This document shows positions 44,986 to 55,834 of a DNA stretch of 64,000 nucleotides, piece by piece. The stretch is from an uncultured Meiothermus sp. (lineage in GTDB: Bacteria; Deinococcota; Deinococci; Deinococcales; Thermaceae). The DNA lies in contig CALFDH010000004.1 in assembly GCA_937950405.1 (NCBI GenBank), positions 4,316-68,315 on the forward strand. Reading direction: 5' to 3'. A model generated the notes under the pieces. That model saw only the letters and a program-made list of their open reading frames with translations. It had not been told where the DNA came from and did no database searches. Position 1 is the stretch's first letter. Each line of letters begins with the position of its first letter. Position numbers and translations under genes: made by a program.

Positions 44986-46224
44986 ATGCTAAATCCTAAA
45001 CGAACGGTGAACGAACTCAAGGAACTGCGCGATTTTACCGCTGACGAGAACGGGGCCTGGCGGGTGGCCTGGACCGATACCTGGCTGAAAGCGCGGGAGT
45101 GGTTCAACCGGAAGCTAGAGGACCTGCCGGTAGAGCAACACTACGACGCGGCGGGTAACAACTGGGTTACGTTGAAGGGGGAAAGCGAGAAAGCGCTCCT
45201 GATTGGAGGCCACCTGGACTCGGTGCCGGGCGGGGGCTGGCTGGACGGTTGTTTAAATGTGTTGGCGGGCCTCGAGGTTCTACGCCGGATTGCCCATGAG
45301 TACGGCGGCAAACCTCCGGTAACCGTGCGCCTGGTGGACTGGGCCGATGAGGAGGGGGCCCGCTTTGGCCGCAGTTTGCTGGGCTCTTCGGCCTTTTCGG
45401 GTACGTTAGAACCCGATCTGGAAAAGGATCGCACCGACAAGGACGGTGTTCGGCTCGAGGACGCCCTGAGGCGCTGTGGGGTTGAGATGAGCCGGATGCT
45501 AGAGGCCACTGCGGAGCAGAAGAATGCGGCGGCTTACCTCGAGCTCCATATTGAGCAAGGCCCGGTGCTGTTGGACTTGGGGCTGCCCTTGGGGGTTGTG
45601 CTGGGTACCTTTGGGGTGGAGCGCCACGCCATCACCTTCCGCGGCCAGGCGGCCCATTCCGGCTCCACCCCCATGCACAAGCGCAAAGACGCCTTCATGG
45701 CCGCGGCCAAGATGGCCCCCGAGATCTACAACATCACCGACCGCAACGGGGGAGTGAGCACCATCGGAAGTTGTGTAACCAAACCGGGTATTGTGACCAG
45801 CGTGGTGGCCGAGTGCACCATTACCCTGGATCAGCGGCACCTCGAGGCCGAGGCCCTGGCCCGGCTCAAGTTTGAGGCCGAGAAGGCCAGCCAGCGCTTT
45901 GCCAGGGAGGGGGGGCTGCCCGAGCCGGAATGGCAGACCATCTGGCGCATCGAGCCCATTCCTTTCCATCCTGAGCTGATCGAGTTCTGCGACCAGGCCA
46001 TTACCGAGGTGGCGGGGGCTTCGCACCGGATGCCCTCCGGGCCGCTTCACGACGCCGCTGAGGTAGCCCGTGCAGGTATACCTACAGTGATGATGTTTGC
46101 TCAAAGCCTGCACGGTATCAGCCATAACAAGATCGAAGACACCAAGGAAGAACACATCGAGATGTCGGTGCAGGCGCTGGATCGGTTGGCCGACAAAACC
46201 ATGCGCTGGATACTGAGCCAGTAG
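44986..46224 (+). CDS. Beta-ureidopropionase / N-carbamoyl-amino acid amidohydrolase (M20)
   Basis: GGHLDSVPGGGWLDG, DEEGARFG, ELHIEQGPVL, AHSGSTPM, SGPLHDA, GISHN; SD AGGAGG. Confidence 0.9.
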   Translation: MLNPKRTVNELKELRDFTADENGAWRVAWTDTWLKAREWFNRKLEDLPVEQHYDAAGNNWVTLKGESEKALLIGGHLDSVPGGGWLDGCLNVLAGLEVLRRIAHEYGGKPPVTVRLVDWADEEGARFGRSLLGSSAFSGTLEPDLEKDRTDKDGVRLEDALRRCGVEMSRMLEATAEQKNAAAYLELHIEQGPVLLDLGLPLGVVLGTFGVERHAITFRGQAAHSGSTPMHKRKDAFMAAAKMAPEIYNITDRNGGVSTIGSCVTKPGIVTSVVAECTITLDQRHLEAEALARLKFEAEKASQRFAREGGLPEPEWQTIWRIEPIPFHPELIEFCDQAITEVAGASHRMPSGPLHDAAEVARAGIPTVMMFAQSLHGISHNKIEDTKEEHIEMSVQALDRLADKTMRWILSQ

Positions 46225-46230
46225 CGTTAA

Positions 46231-46341
46231 TACCGAATCTGCTCAGAAGTGACCCAAAAGCGATATACAAGTTCCTCGGACGCGCCCCCTGGCGCGGCAA
46301 GTGAGGGGCGCGTTTAGCGCCGCTCACGCGCAGAGTTGATA
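46231..46341. mobile_element. MITE family A copy
   Basis: TACCGAATCTGC...GCAGAGTTGATA, TAA duplicated. Confidence 0.87.
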
Positions 46342-46381
46342 TAAGTTGAGGTTTCAACCCAGTAGAGGCCTCGAGCCGTGA

Positions 46382-46540
46382 TACCAACTTTAGGCGTATG
46401 GCCGACTCTTAATGATTCACAAGGTTGGAGTGGGTGATTGAGGTCGGAAGTGATTTTCCCACTGCCTCGCCCTACCCCCTGACCCCTGCTCCCTAGACGC
46501 GTGCTCTGACACTGTGCCAGTGGTTCAAGCAAAGGCGGTA
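46382..46540. mobile_element. MITE-like family D copy
   Basis: TACCAACTTTAGGCGT...GTTCAAGCAAAGGCGGTA flanked by TGA/TGA. Confidence 0.6.
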
Positions 46541-46550
46541 TGACCGATAA

Positions 46551-47264
46551 ATGAGCCTTCCCACCCTGCGCCAGATCCTCGAGCTACCTGCCTTTGCGGG
46601 GGCGGAGCTGCTGTCGGGGCAAGCCAAGCTCGACAGCCATATTACCTGGGTTCATGTAGCCGAGGTGCTGGACGTGGCCCGGCTGCTGTCGGGGGGCGAA
46701 CTGGTACTTTGTACGGGGCTGGAACTGGCGCGGGCCACCCCGGAGGCACGAGTGGCCTATGTGCGTTCGCTGGCCGAGGCCGGGGTGGGGGGGCTCTGCC
46801 TCGAGCTGGTGCAGGGGTTGCAGGAAGTCCCCGCCGAGATGCTTCAGACCGCCCGCATGCTGCAATTCCCCATCCTGGTTTTTCGCAGCGAGGTGCGCTT
46901 TGCCGACCTTACCCGTGCCGCCCACGAGCGAATTCTGCGCCCTGGGGCCGATAGGGAAGAGCCGCTGCTGGCGTCGCTGCTGGAGGCCCTGGTCGAGACA
47001 GGCCGCGACAAAAGTTTTTTACAACGGCAACTGGGCACCGTTCTGAGCCTCCCCAGTCGGCCCCGCAGTACTTTGCTGGCGACCCTCGAGGCCCTGCTGG
47101 CTTCGCAGTTCAACATTGCCGAAACGGCCCGCAAGCTGGGGGTGCGCCGGCAGAGTATCTACTACCGTCTCGAGCAGCTCAAGGGCATGCTGGGTGATCT
47201 GGATAGCCCTGAACGGCGACTGGGGCTCTGGATTGCTTTGGAGTTGCTCAAACGTCCAGGATAG
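46551..47264 (+). CDS. Compact PucR family transcriptional regulator
   Basis: N-terminal PucR domain (ITWVHVAE, LSGGELVLCTG) and C-terminal HTH (NIAETARKLGVRRQSIYYRL). Confidence 0.9.
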   Translation: MSLPTLRQILELPAFAGAELLSGQAKLDSHITWVHVAEVLDVARLLSGGELVLCTGLELARATPEARVAYVRSLAEAGVGGLCLELVQGLQEVPAEMLQTARMLQFPILVFRSEVRFADLTRAAHERILRPGADREEPLLASLLEALVETGRDKSFLQRQLGTVLSLPSRPRSTLLATLEALLASQFNIAETARKLGVRRQSIYYRLEQLKGMLGDLDSPERRLGLWIALELLKRPG

Positions 47265-47437
47265 AGCGCTTTTCCTGTAGTGTGAGCCATCCAACTTCAA
47301 AAACTTTGTCCTGTACAAAACAGTGGCCGCCTGGGAACTCTAAACCCAAGCACCTGTGGCCGGGCCTGGCCCTCGCTTGGATGTGTAACATGCGTCTGCG
47401 AGGAGAATGGCTCAGGCCATAGCCACTACTTGGCTAA

Positions 47438-47549
47438 TACCAAATCTGCTCAGAAGTGACCCAAAAGCGATTTACTAGTCCCTCGGACGCGCCCCCCTGG
47501 CGCGGCAAGTGAGGGGCGCGTTTAGCGCCGCTCACGCGCAGAGTTGGTA
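47438..47549. mobile_element. MITE family A copy
   Basis: TACCAAATCTGC...GCAGAGTTGGTA, TAA duplicated. Confidence 0.87.
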
Positions 47550-47771
47550 TAAGTACCTCCCGCCCATGTTTTGGATAATGGCATGATCGAAAATCATTCG
47601 GGTATTGCGCCCGGAGCGTGATTTTCTCGCGCAGCCTGAATTCATCTCTGTACGGGCGCAACTCAACCTGGCCCTGATGCGACGCAGACAAACGTGTCTC
47701 GCCCCGGAGAGGCACGTCTGCTCTCCATTCTGGTTTTAGCGGGCGGCCACGTCTATGAAGAACGCGTTACC

Positions 47772-48143
47772 TCAGCCCAGCGCGATTGCCTGTGTAAACC
47801 ACCCTACCAGTGTCATGGCCACAAAATAAAACAGCGATGAGCCACCAAAGACCTCCACCGCGCTCCAGTGGGTGCGGCCCAGTACCTTCTCGCCAATGTA
47901 AAGGGTGGGATAGGCGTAGAGCAACACAAATGAGGCCATCTTGCCGCCCATGGACTGCTGGAACTTGAGGTTGACCGCCTCGTTGATGAAGTAGCGGTCG
48001 TGATCGCTCAGGTGGTGGTAGTCGCGCCCCCCCAGCTCGGACTCGAGCAGGCGGCGGTGCACCTGGTTCATGGTGCGGTGTGCAAGATAAGCAGCTGCAC
48101 CCAGTACAAAAGTGAGAAAAAGAGGAACTATCAATGTGCTCAT
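47772..48143 (-). CDS. Hypothetical membrane protein
   Basis: TATACT 8 nt before ATG; about three hydrophobic segments. Confidence 0.65.
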   Translation of the reverse strand: MSTLIVPLFLTFVLGAAAYLAHRTMNQVHRRLLESELGGRDYHHLSDHDRYFINEAVNLKFQQSMGGKMASFVLLYAYPTLYIGEKVLGRTHWSAVEVFGGSSLFYFVAMTLVGWFTQAIALG

Positions 48144-48308
48144 CGCTTCGAAGTATAGGACGACGCAGGATAGCGCCGGGTGATATTCAACCCGTTTTTC
48201 CAGACGTGCGTAACGTTTGTGGGTTCATGCAACCCCGAACAGTGCAATAAACTTCATTGAGCGTCCTGGTCGCTGGTTCGCGTTGCAGATTGCGTTAGTC
48301 TGTAGTGC

Positions 48309-49475
48309 ATGGAATCGCTCTCTACCCTGGTCGTGCACGGTGCTACCACTGAAACACCCACCAACCAACCGGTATCCTTGCCGATTTACCAGTCAGCTTC
48401 CTGGACCTTTAGCGACCTAGACGAAGTAGACGCGGTTTATGCTGGCGACAAACCCGGCGCCATCTATGGCCGCAACGGAACCCCCAACCACCGTGCGCTC
48501 GAGAACCTCTTTGCAAAACTGCACCATACCGAGGCTGCGGTGGCGTGTGCGAGTGGGATGAGCGCCTTGAGTGCAGCGTTCCTGGGCTTGCTGGGCCAGG
48601 GAAGCAAGGTCGTGGCCTCAAAGGACCTGTATGGCAGTACCCTGAATGTTCTGCACGACCTGGGGCGGTTCGGTGTGGAGGTTATAACCCTTGAAATCAC
48701 CGATTTTGACCAAATGCAGACAGCGCTTCAGGGGGCCCGGATGCTGGTACTCGAGACCTCCTCCAACCCGCGTCTGCGGATACCGAACCTGCCCAGGCTT
48801 TGTGCAATGGCTCGGCAGGCCGGAGCGCTGGTGCTGGTGGACAACACCTTTGCTTCGCCCTACCACTGCCGGCCTTTGCAGCATGGCGCAGACATCGTGA
48901 TGGAAAGCCTGACCAAGTTCATCAGCGGCCACAGCGACGTGATGATAGGGGCCCTGGCTGGGCGGCGCGAACTGATTGAACCCATTCGCTCGGTGGCGGT
49001 TCGCATGGGGCTGGTTTCCAACCCCCACGAATGCTGGCTCAGTGTGCGGGGAGCCGAAACCCTCGAGCTTCGCATGCAGCGGGCTTCCAGCAACGCTGCC
49101 AGCCTGGCGCAGTTTTTGCAGGTTCACCCCAGGGTACGCAAGGTGCACTACCCCGGCCTGCCTTCCCACCCCAATCACCAGACTGCACAGGGGATGCTGC
49201 AAAATGGTTTCGGGGCGATGCTATCCTTCGAGCTCGAGCCCTCCCGCCAGGCGGTCAACAGCCTGCTGCACAACCTTCGCTACATCAAGCTGGCCCTTTC
49301 GCTAGGGGGGGTTAACACCACCCTCTCGCACCCGGCCACCAGCTCGCATCGTTTTTTGTCGCCGGGTGAACGCGAACAACTGGGTTTGCATGACGGTTTT
49401 GTGCGGATCTCGGTCGGTATCGAGAATCTCGAAGACCTCAAGAGCGATTTGGCGCAAGCCTTGAGCCATTTGTAG
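48309..49475 (+). CDS. PLP-dependent trans-sulfuration enzyme (cystathionine/methionine lyase family)
   Basis: PIYQSA, YGRNGTPN, ASGMSA, VDNTFASP, SLTKFISGHSD, SLGG, RISVGIE. Confidence 0.92.
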   Translation: MESLSTLVVHGATTETPTNQPVSLPIYQSASWTFSDLDEVDAVYAGDKPGAIYGRNGTPNHRALENLFAKLHHTEAAVACASGMSALSAAFLGLLGQGSKVVASKDLYGSTLNVLHDLGRFGVEVITLEITDFDQMQTALQGARMLVLETSSNPRLRIPNLPRLCAMARQAGALVLVDNTFASPYHCRPLQHGADIVMESLTKFISGHSDVMIGALAGRRELIEPIRSVAVRMGLVSNPHECWLSVRGAETLELRMQRASSNAASLAQFLQVHPRVRKVHYPGLPSHPNHQTAQGMLQNGFGAMLSFELEPSRQAVNSLLHNLRYIKLALSLGGVNTTLSHPATSSHRFLSPGEREQLGLHDGFVRISVGIENLEDLKSDLAQALSHL

Positions 49476-49602
49476 TATGAGGTTTGTGAGTGCAGGACAG
49501 GTATTTTTACTTCACCACTGTAGGTCAAAACCCGTTTTTTGAATAGAGTTTCAGTCCTGTTCGCAAGTTTGGTTTTCTGGCACGCTGGGCTTGGAGGAAA
49601 CC

Positions 49603-49929
49603 ATGCCCCTACTGATTTGTCCCAACTGCGAAACCGGAATGAACGAAATCCAGCGCAACGGCGTGCACATAGATGTCTGCCCTAGGTGCCGTGGGGTCTG
49701 GCTGGACGGAGGCGAGATGGAAAAACTGCTGGGCCAGGTGCGCCAGTACGAACAGGAATACGAGGCCGAGCTCGAGCGCTACCGCCAGCAGTACGCCCCC
49801 CCGCAAACCCGCGGATACACCCCCCCACCCCACCAGCGCAACCCCTACGATACCGACGACGACGAGTACTACAAGCGCCACGGCAAGAAGAAAAGCAAGC
49901 TGGGTAGACTGTTCGACCTGTTCGATTGA
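49603..49929 (+). CDS. zf-TFIIB domain protein
   Basis: CPNC...IDVCPRCRGVWLDGGE and KKKSKLGRLFDLFD tail; SD GGAGG. Confidence 0.88.
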   Translation: MPLLICPNCETGMNEIQRNGVHIDVCPRCRGVWLDGGEMEKLLGQVRQYEQEYEAELERYRQQYAPPQTRGYTPPPHQRNPYDTDDDEYYKRHGKKKSKLGRLFDLFD

Positions 49930-50023
49930 GGGCTACTGTTTGTAAAACGTTTTAAAGGTAGCCTTAAAGCCTAAAGGGAGAGTCGGCGAGACGGCTCACC
50001 AACCAGCCCTCGAGCGAACCGAC

Positions 50024-50134
50024 GTGTTTGCTAGGAGGCCAAAGGCCGACGAAGCAATCCAGAAGAAGTTCGCCAAACGATCGGCTGAGTAGGGCAACCT
50101 GGATTGCTTCGCATCCTGCGGATGCTCGCAAGGA
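50024..50134. repeat. REP-like paired inverted repeat (GTCATTGCGAG-type)
   Basis: ..GGAGGCCAAAGGCCGACGAAGCAATCCAG ... CTGGATTGCTTCG..CTCGCAAGGAC. Confidence 0.7.
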
Positions 50135-50169
50135 CAAGAACACTTCCTAATCTCCGGTGAGCATGCACA

Positions 50170-50214
50170 GGTATCTATACGACGCTGTACTGTATACAGC
50201 GTCGTATAGATACC
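50170..50214. repeat. Perfect 20-bp inverted repeat with 5-nt loop
   Basis: GGTATCTATACGACGCTGTA-CTGTA-TACAGCGTCGTATAGATACC. Confidence 0.9.
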
Positions 50215-50627
50215 CATACACTTCGATAGGTTCCATGAGCTATGGCCCCAAAACCCCCTCCCTACCCCGTAGGGAGGGTAGGGAGGGTATTGGGCAAGGC
50301 CCTGAGCCGATCTGCTGTGTGAAGGCGCTCTTCAGCAACCCCACCCGACCTCGCTTACGACGTAGGGGAGGAATGATAAGAGCTCCGCATGACCCCATCC
50401 GCCAGTATGGGTTCATGCAACTTTCCAAGCACCCCCTGGAGAAACCCCACGCCCTCTATTGGGACACAGAAGGCCAGCTGGAGCGAGGCTAGAGGACGAG
50501 ATCAGAGGGATTTCTTATGAGAAGGCGTCTGCTTGGGCTTCTGCCAGAGAACACCGCATGGGCTGTGGCATAGCCGTGCAACTCAACTGAAATGGATGAT
50601 GTAAAAGCATTTGTACCACTGTGTACT
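50190..50627. repeat. Repeat family E copy with imperfect terminal inverted repeats
   Basis: Blocks shared with 31707-31982; left end TGTATACAGCGTCGTATAGATACC resembles the reverse complement of the right end; internal CCCTCCCTACCC/GGGTAGGGAGGG hairpin. Confidence 0.5.
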
Positions 50628-50763
50628 GAATGCGGGTATTCCCAAATCCGGGACACAGGTCAAAAATCCTGTTCCCCGACCCTTGCTTTGGCGCGGACTA
50701 ACCTTTTGGGTGGGCAGGAGCCCGTATAATCTGCGCGGAAGTGTTGAAACAAGGAGTGAGTGT

Positions 50764-51903
50764 ATGGATCGAGTCCAGCGCCTACGTGAAGTGATTGCAG
50801 CAGCCCAAAAACATCCCGTTTATGCCCAAAAGCTAGATGGGGTGGATGCCTCGAGCCTGACCCCCGAAACCATATCCAGACTGCCCCTTACCACCCGCCA
50901 GGAGTGGTTGGCCCATATCCAGGCCCATCCCAGGCCCCCCCAGGGGGCGACCCTGATGCACCTGACCCCCAGCCCGGCGATTGGCTGGATGCCTGAATAC
51001 CTGTCTGCCGAAGATGTGGAATACCAGGCCGAAGCCCTGGCTTCCCAGATGCGCCGCCTGGGCGTAAGCGGTAAGAAAGCCCTGGTGGCCTTCGGGTACC
51101 ACATTTTTGCGGGTGGATGGCTTTTCCACGAAGCCCTGCAGCGGGCCGGCGCAATGGTGCTGCCCCACGGCCCCGGTGAGGCCGAGCGCATCGCTCAGCT
51201 GCAACAACAGTATGGCTTTGAGATTCTGGTCTGCAACCCCAGCTTTGCCATGAAGATAGCCCAGGCGGGGGGCCGCTTTGAGCTGCTGATGGCGGGTGGA
51301 GAACCCTTCACCTCGGTTCCGGGCTACCGTGAAAAGCTCGAGCACGCCATAGGGGGGATTGCGGTAGATGCCTACGGCACCTCCGAGCTGGGGGTGGTGG
51401 CGGGCGAGAGCCTGGATAAAAACGGCCTGTGGGAAATACCCGAGATGGCCATCATTGAAATCCTGGACCCCGAAACCCTGGAGCCTACGCCGGAAGGCGA
51501 GAAGGGCGAGATGGTGGTCACGTCACTCTCGCGTACCCTGATGCCCATGATCCGCTTCCGTACCGGCGACCTTGCGGTGGTGAGCCGCAAAGAGGGCAGG
51601 CTCTGCCTGCCCAGAGGGGTCATCGGACGCACCGACCTGATGGTCAAGGTCAAGGGGGTCAAGCTCTATCCCACCGAGTTAGCACCGCTGCTCATGGCGT
51701 TTGGCATTGACCCCAGGGGAGGGGCCCAGCTGGTGGTGGAAAGCAAGGAGGGCGGAACCGACAAGCTCACCCTTCGCATCAAGGCCGAGGCTGTTCCACC
51801 CCAGCTTGGCCCGGCCTTGCAACAAGCGACCGGCATTCGCCTCGACGACATCCAGGCCGACCCGGCCCTCGAGGGCCCGCCGCTAGTAGACAAGCGCTAC
51901 TGA
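50764..51903 (+). CDS. Phenylacetate-CoA ligase (PaaK)-like protein
   Basis: LPLTTR, GGEP, DAYGTSE, MPMIRFRTGD, GRTD..KVKGVKLYP; SD AGGAG. Confidence 0.85.
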   Translation: MDRVQRLREVIAAAQKHPVYAQKLDGVDASSLTPETISRLPLTTRQEWLAHIQAHPRPPQGATLMHLTPSPAIGWMPEYLSAEDVEYQAEALASQMRRLGVSGKKALVAFGYHIFAGGWLFHEALQRAGAMVLPHGPGEAERIAQLQQQYGFEILVCNPSFAMKIAQAGGRFELLMAGGEPFTSVPGYREKLEHAIGGIAVDAYGTSELGVVAGESLDKNGLWEIPEMAIIEILDPETLEPTPEGEKGEMVVTSLSRTLMPMIRFRTGDLAVVSRKEGRLCLPRGVIGRTDLMVKVKGVKLYPTELAPLLMAFGIDPRGGAQLVVESKEGGTDKLTLRIKAEAVPPQLGPALQQATGIRLDDIQADPALEGPPLVDKRY

Positions 51904-52349
51904 TCCGAACCCGACCTGTCGGCTGAAACGGGATTGCGCCCTGGCAGAGGGCTGCTTTTTGCGTGTTTTGGGACCGGCAGACGAACGCCTCCCTAAGAAG
52001 CGATGCACTCAACGATAGCGGCCAAACGTGGCCTGGCGAACGCCTTATCCAGGAGGCGCGCGGGTCTGCAGTTTTGCCTTGCCTTGCAGAGCCCTTGGCT
52101 TTCGGCTTTCGGCCCTGGGGTTGCCGAGTAGTGGGGATTCATCAAAGTTGAGTGTTCAGATGAAGTTGGTATCATTCGGTATGATTGTTTACAGTGTTGG
52201 TAGCCATTCCAAAATATCATTCATTTTGAACGTTATTTGCGTCGCGATGGTGGAAGTGTAAGATGTTAGCGACAGTAGTGCGGTTGGTTGTGAGGGTCTG
52301 GCAAGCCTCGTGAAGACCGGCACAAGCCAAGCCGCCAAAGAGGAGGCGC

Positions 52350-52709
52350 ATGTCACCTATAAGTGAGTATCAGGCTCTACTGGTGTACCTGGCAGTTGCG
52401 GTCGGCATTGCCATTCTGGCAGCGGTGGTGGGAGCCATCCTGGGACCCAAGAAAGGCGGGCGTTTCAAGCTGATGCCCTACGAGTCGGGCAACGACCCCG
52501 CCGGTGAGGTCAAGCGTTTCCCCGTGCACTTCTACGCCGTGGCCATGCTGTTCATCATTTTCGACGTGGAGGTGGCCTTCTTGTGGCCCTACGCGGTGAG
52601 TGCGGGCACGGTAGGGGTGGTGGGCTTCTTTGGCCTGGTGGTGTTTACGGCGCTTTTGTTTGTGGGCTTTTTGTACGAGTGGTACAAGGGTGTGATGAAG
52701 TGGCACTAG
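52350..52709 (+). CDS. nuoA: NADH-quinone oxidoreductase subunit A
   Basis: PYESGNDP, FIIFDVE, YEWYKG. Confidence 0.95.
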   Translation: MSPISEYQALLVYLAVAVGIAILAAVVGAILGPKKGGRFKLMPYESGNDPAGEVKRFPVHFYAVAMLFIIFDVEVAFLWPYAVSAGTVGVVGFFGLVVFTALLFVGFLYEWYKGVMKWH

Positions 52710-52772
52710 CTTCGCTGTCCCAAGTCTCAGAGTCGCGACTCGAGACCTTGACCTGCAACGGAGGTCTTTAGA

Positions 52773-53312
<540 letters not shown>

Positions 53313-53327
53313 CGCCCCGAGGTGGAT

Positions 53328-53951
53328 ATGCAAAAGCTGACACAGCTACTAGACCAGGCTCGAGCCAAAGGCTGGGAAATCGAGGAGGCCCACGGCAATA
53401 CCTGGATGGTGGTGCCCCGAACTGAGTTCAAAGCGCTGTTGGCAGGGCTAAAAGAGCAAGGCTGGAACTACCTGGCCGATATTGTCGGTATTGATTATTT
53501 GGAGTATCCCCATCCCAAACCCGAGCGTTTTTGTGTGGTGTACGAGCTGGTATCGCTGCCCGGCTACAAAGAGGGCGACGGCAGCCGGGTGTTTATTCGG
53601 GTCTACGTGCCCGAGTCCAACCCCAGCCTGCCCAGCCTTACCGATCTGTGGATGGGTGCGGATTACCTCGAGCGTGAGATTTTCGATATGTTCGGCATCC
53701 GCTTTGAAGGGCACCCCGACCTTCGAAAAATCCTCACCCCTGAAGACCTCGAGGGCTATCCTCTCCGCAAGGACTTTCCTTTGGGCGAGACCCCTACCTT
53801 GTTCAAAGAAGGCCGCTTTATTGACCCCGACGCTTTTCGGGCGGGCCTTTCGGGTAACAAGGGCGGTATGACCGGCTGGCGTGGGGGCTCGCGCAAAGGC
53901 TACCAGGATGTGGCTGCCGAGGTACAGAAAGTGGTCAAAGGAGGCAACTGA
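53328..53951 (+). CDS. nuoC: NADH-quinone oxidoreductase subunit C
   Basis: [29 protein letters not shown]. Confidence 0.95.
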   Translation: MQKLTQLLDQARAKGWEIEEAHGNTWMVVPRTEFKALLAGLKEQGWNYLADIVGIDYLEYPHPKPERFCVVYELVSLPGYKEGDGSRVFIRVYVPESNPSLPSLTDLWMGADYLEREIFDMFGIRFEGHPDLRKILTPEDLEGYPLRKDFPLGETPTLFKEGRFIDPDAFRAGLSGNKGGMTGWRGGSRKGYQDVAAEVQKVVKGGN

Positions 53952-55198
53952 TGGTGCGCGACCCGCAGAAACTTCATAGCGCCTCTGTAGAGGCTTACGA
54001 CATCGCCGACGCACCAGAGCTCAAGTCCGAAGTCATGACCCTGAACGTAGGGCCCCAGCACCCCTCGACCCACGGGGTGCTGCGGGTGGTGGTGGATCTC
54101 TCGGGGGAGCAGATTCTACGCCTTACCCCGCACGTCGGGTATCTCCATACCGGCTTCGAGAAGAACATGGAGAACCGCACCTACACCCAGTGCATCACCT
54201 ACACCCCCCGCATGGACTACCTGCATAGCTTCAGCCACGACCTGGCCTACGCGCTCAGCGTGGAGAAGCTGGTGGGAGCCCAGGTGCCGCCCAGGGCCCA
54301 GGCCATCCGGGTGATGCTCAACGAGCTGTCCCGCATTGCCTCGCACCTGGTTTTTCTGGGAACCGGGCTGCTGGACTTTGGGGCACTTACGCCCTTTTTC
54401 TATGCTTTCCGCGAGCGGGAGGCGGTGCTTGACCTGTTTGAATGGGTTTCGGGTCAGCGCTTTCATCACAACTACATCCGCATTGGGGGCCTTAAGGAAG
54501 ACCTGCCCCCCGAGTTTTTGGGCGAGGTCAAGAAGTTCATCGTGCAGATGCCGGCCCGCATAGACGAATACGAGGCGCTCTTCAAAGAAAGCCCCATCTT
54601 CTATGAGCGGGCTCGAGGGGTTTCGGTGATCCCAGCAGAGGATGCCATTAACCTTTCGCTAACCGGGGGCAGCCTTCGTGCCTCGGGTGTGAACTATGAT
54701 GTGCGCAAAGCCTACCCCTACGCAGGCTACGAAACCTACCAATTTGAGGTGCCGGTGCTGCATGGGGGCGATATCTACGACCGGATGGTCATCCGCATCC
54801 TGGAGATGCGCGAGTCGGTCAAGATTATCCAGCAGGCGGTGGAGCGGCTCGAGGCCCTGGGGCCAGGCCCCATCCGTGACCCCAGTCCACAGATTTCTTT
54901 GCCGCCAAGGCACTTGCTGGAAACCTCGATGGAGGCGGTCATCTACCACTTCAAACTGGTGACCGAGGGCTTTCACCCCGCACTGGGCGAGGTGTACGTA
55001 CCGACCGAAAGCGCTCGAGGTGAACTCGGTTACTACATCGTTTCCGACGGAGGCTCCATGCCTTATCGGGTCAAGGTGCGCTCGCCCAGCTTTGTGAACC
55101 TGCAAAGCCTGCCCTATGCCTGCAAGGGCGTACAGGTCGCCGACATGGTAGCGGTCATCGCCTCGCTCGATCCAGTCATGGGGGATGTAGACCGATGA
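53951..55198 (+). CDS. nuoD: NADH-quinone oxidoreductase subunit D
   Basis: [22 protein letters not shown]-terminus. Confidence 0.97.
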   Translation: MVRDPQKLHSASVEAYDIADAPELKSEVMTLNVGPQHPSTHGVLRVVVDLSGEQILRLTPHVGYLHTGFEKNMENRTYTQCITYTPRMDYLHSFSHDLAYALSVEKLVGAQVPPRAQAIRVMLNELSRIASHLVFLGTGLLDFGALTPFFYAFREREAVLDLFEWVSGQRFHHNYIRIGGLKEDLPPEFLGEVKKFIVQMPARIDEYEALFKESPIFYERARGVSVIPAEDAINLSLTGGSLRASGVNYDVRKAYPYAGYETYQFEVPVLHGGDIYDRMVIRILEMRESVKIIQQAVERLEALGPGPIRDPSPQISLPPRHLLETSMEAVIYHFKLVTEGFHPALGEVYVPTESARGELGYYIVSDGGSMPYRVKVRSPSFVNLQSLPYACKGVQVADMVAVIASLDPVMGDVDR

Positions 55199-55270
55199 GT
55201 GCTTTGGTGGGAGACAGATTACAGGTAACAAGGTTTCAGACCGCAAAACCCAACCCATTTACGGAGGCCT

Positions 55271-55834
55271 ATGGGATTTTTTGACGACAAACAGGACTGG
55301 CTGCGCGAGGTGTTTGCGCAGTACCCCGACACGCCCCAGGGGAAGAGAGCAGCCCTTATGCCCATGCTGCGCCGGGTGCAGCAGGACGAAGGCTGGATCT
55401 CCCCCGAGCGGCAGGAGGAGATTGCCCGGATACTGGGCACCACGGCTACCGAGGTCGCGGGCGTGATGAGCTTTTACAGCTACTACCAGGCTTTGCCCAC
55501 CGGCAAGTACCACATTCAGGTCTGCGCCACGCTATCGTGCGCCATTGGGGGTGCCGACGAACTGTGGGACGAGCTGGTAAGCGAGCTGCAAATCCTGCGC
55601 GGCGACGTGAGCGATGATGGTCTTTTCAGCATTCAGAAGGTTGAGTGTCTGGGTTCCTGCCACACTGCACCGGTAATACAGGTGAACGACGAACCCTACG
55701 TGGAATGCGTCACCAAAGCCCGCCTGAAAGCGCTTTTGCAGGGTTTACGGGAGGGCAAGCGGCTGGAGGACATTGTGCTACCGGGTAAGGTAGGGCATGA
55801 AGTGCATGTGCGCGGAGAGGAGGTAGGTGTATGA
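55271..55834 (+). CDS. nuoE: NADH-quinone oxidoreductase subunit E
   Basis: [17 protein letters not shown]. Confidence 0.95.
   Translation: MGFFDDKQDWLREVFAQYPDTPQGKRAALMPMLRRVQQDEGWISPERQEEIARILGTTATEVAGVMSFYSYYQALPTGKYHIQVCATLSCAIGGADELWDELVSELQILRGDVSDDGLFSIQKVECLGSCHTAPVIQVNDEPYVECVTKARLKALLQGLREGKRLEDIVLPGKVGHEVHVRGEEVGV

Noticed and set aside
47300-47720. SD plus ATG at 47407 as a remnant of a beta-alanine catabolic gene disrupted by the MITE
   Set aside because: Removing the MITE gives only an 18-codon ORF with no recognisable similarity
48150-48308. SAM riboswitch upstream of the trans-sulfuration gene
   Set aside because: No SAM-I core motifs, and the gene appears leaderless
52308-52325. 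Rex-like operator TCGTGAA-N4-GGCACAA before nuoA (similar weak site at 35080-35097)
   Set aside because: Three mismatches to TTGTGAA-N4-TTCACAA; plausible but unsupported without a PWM
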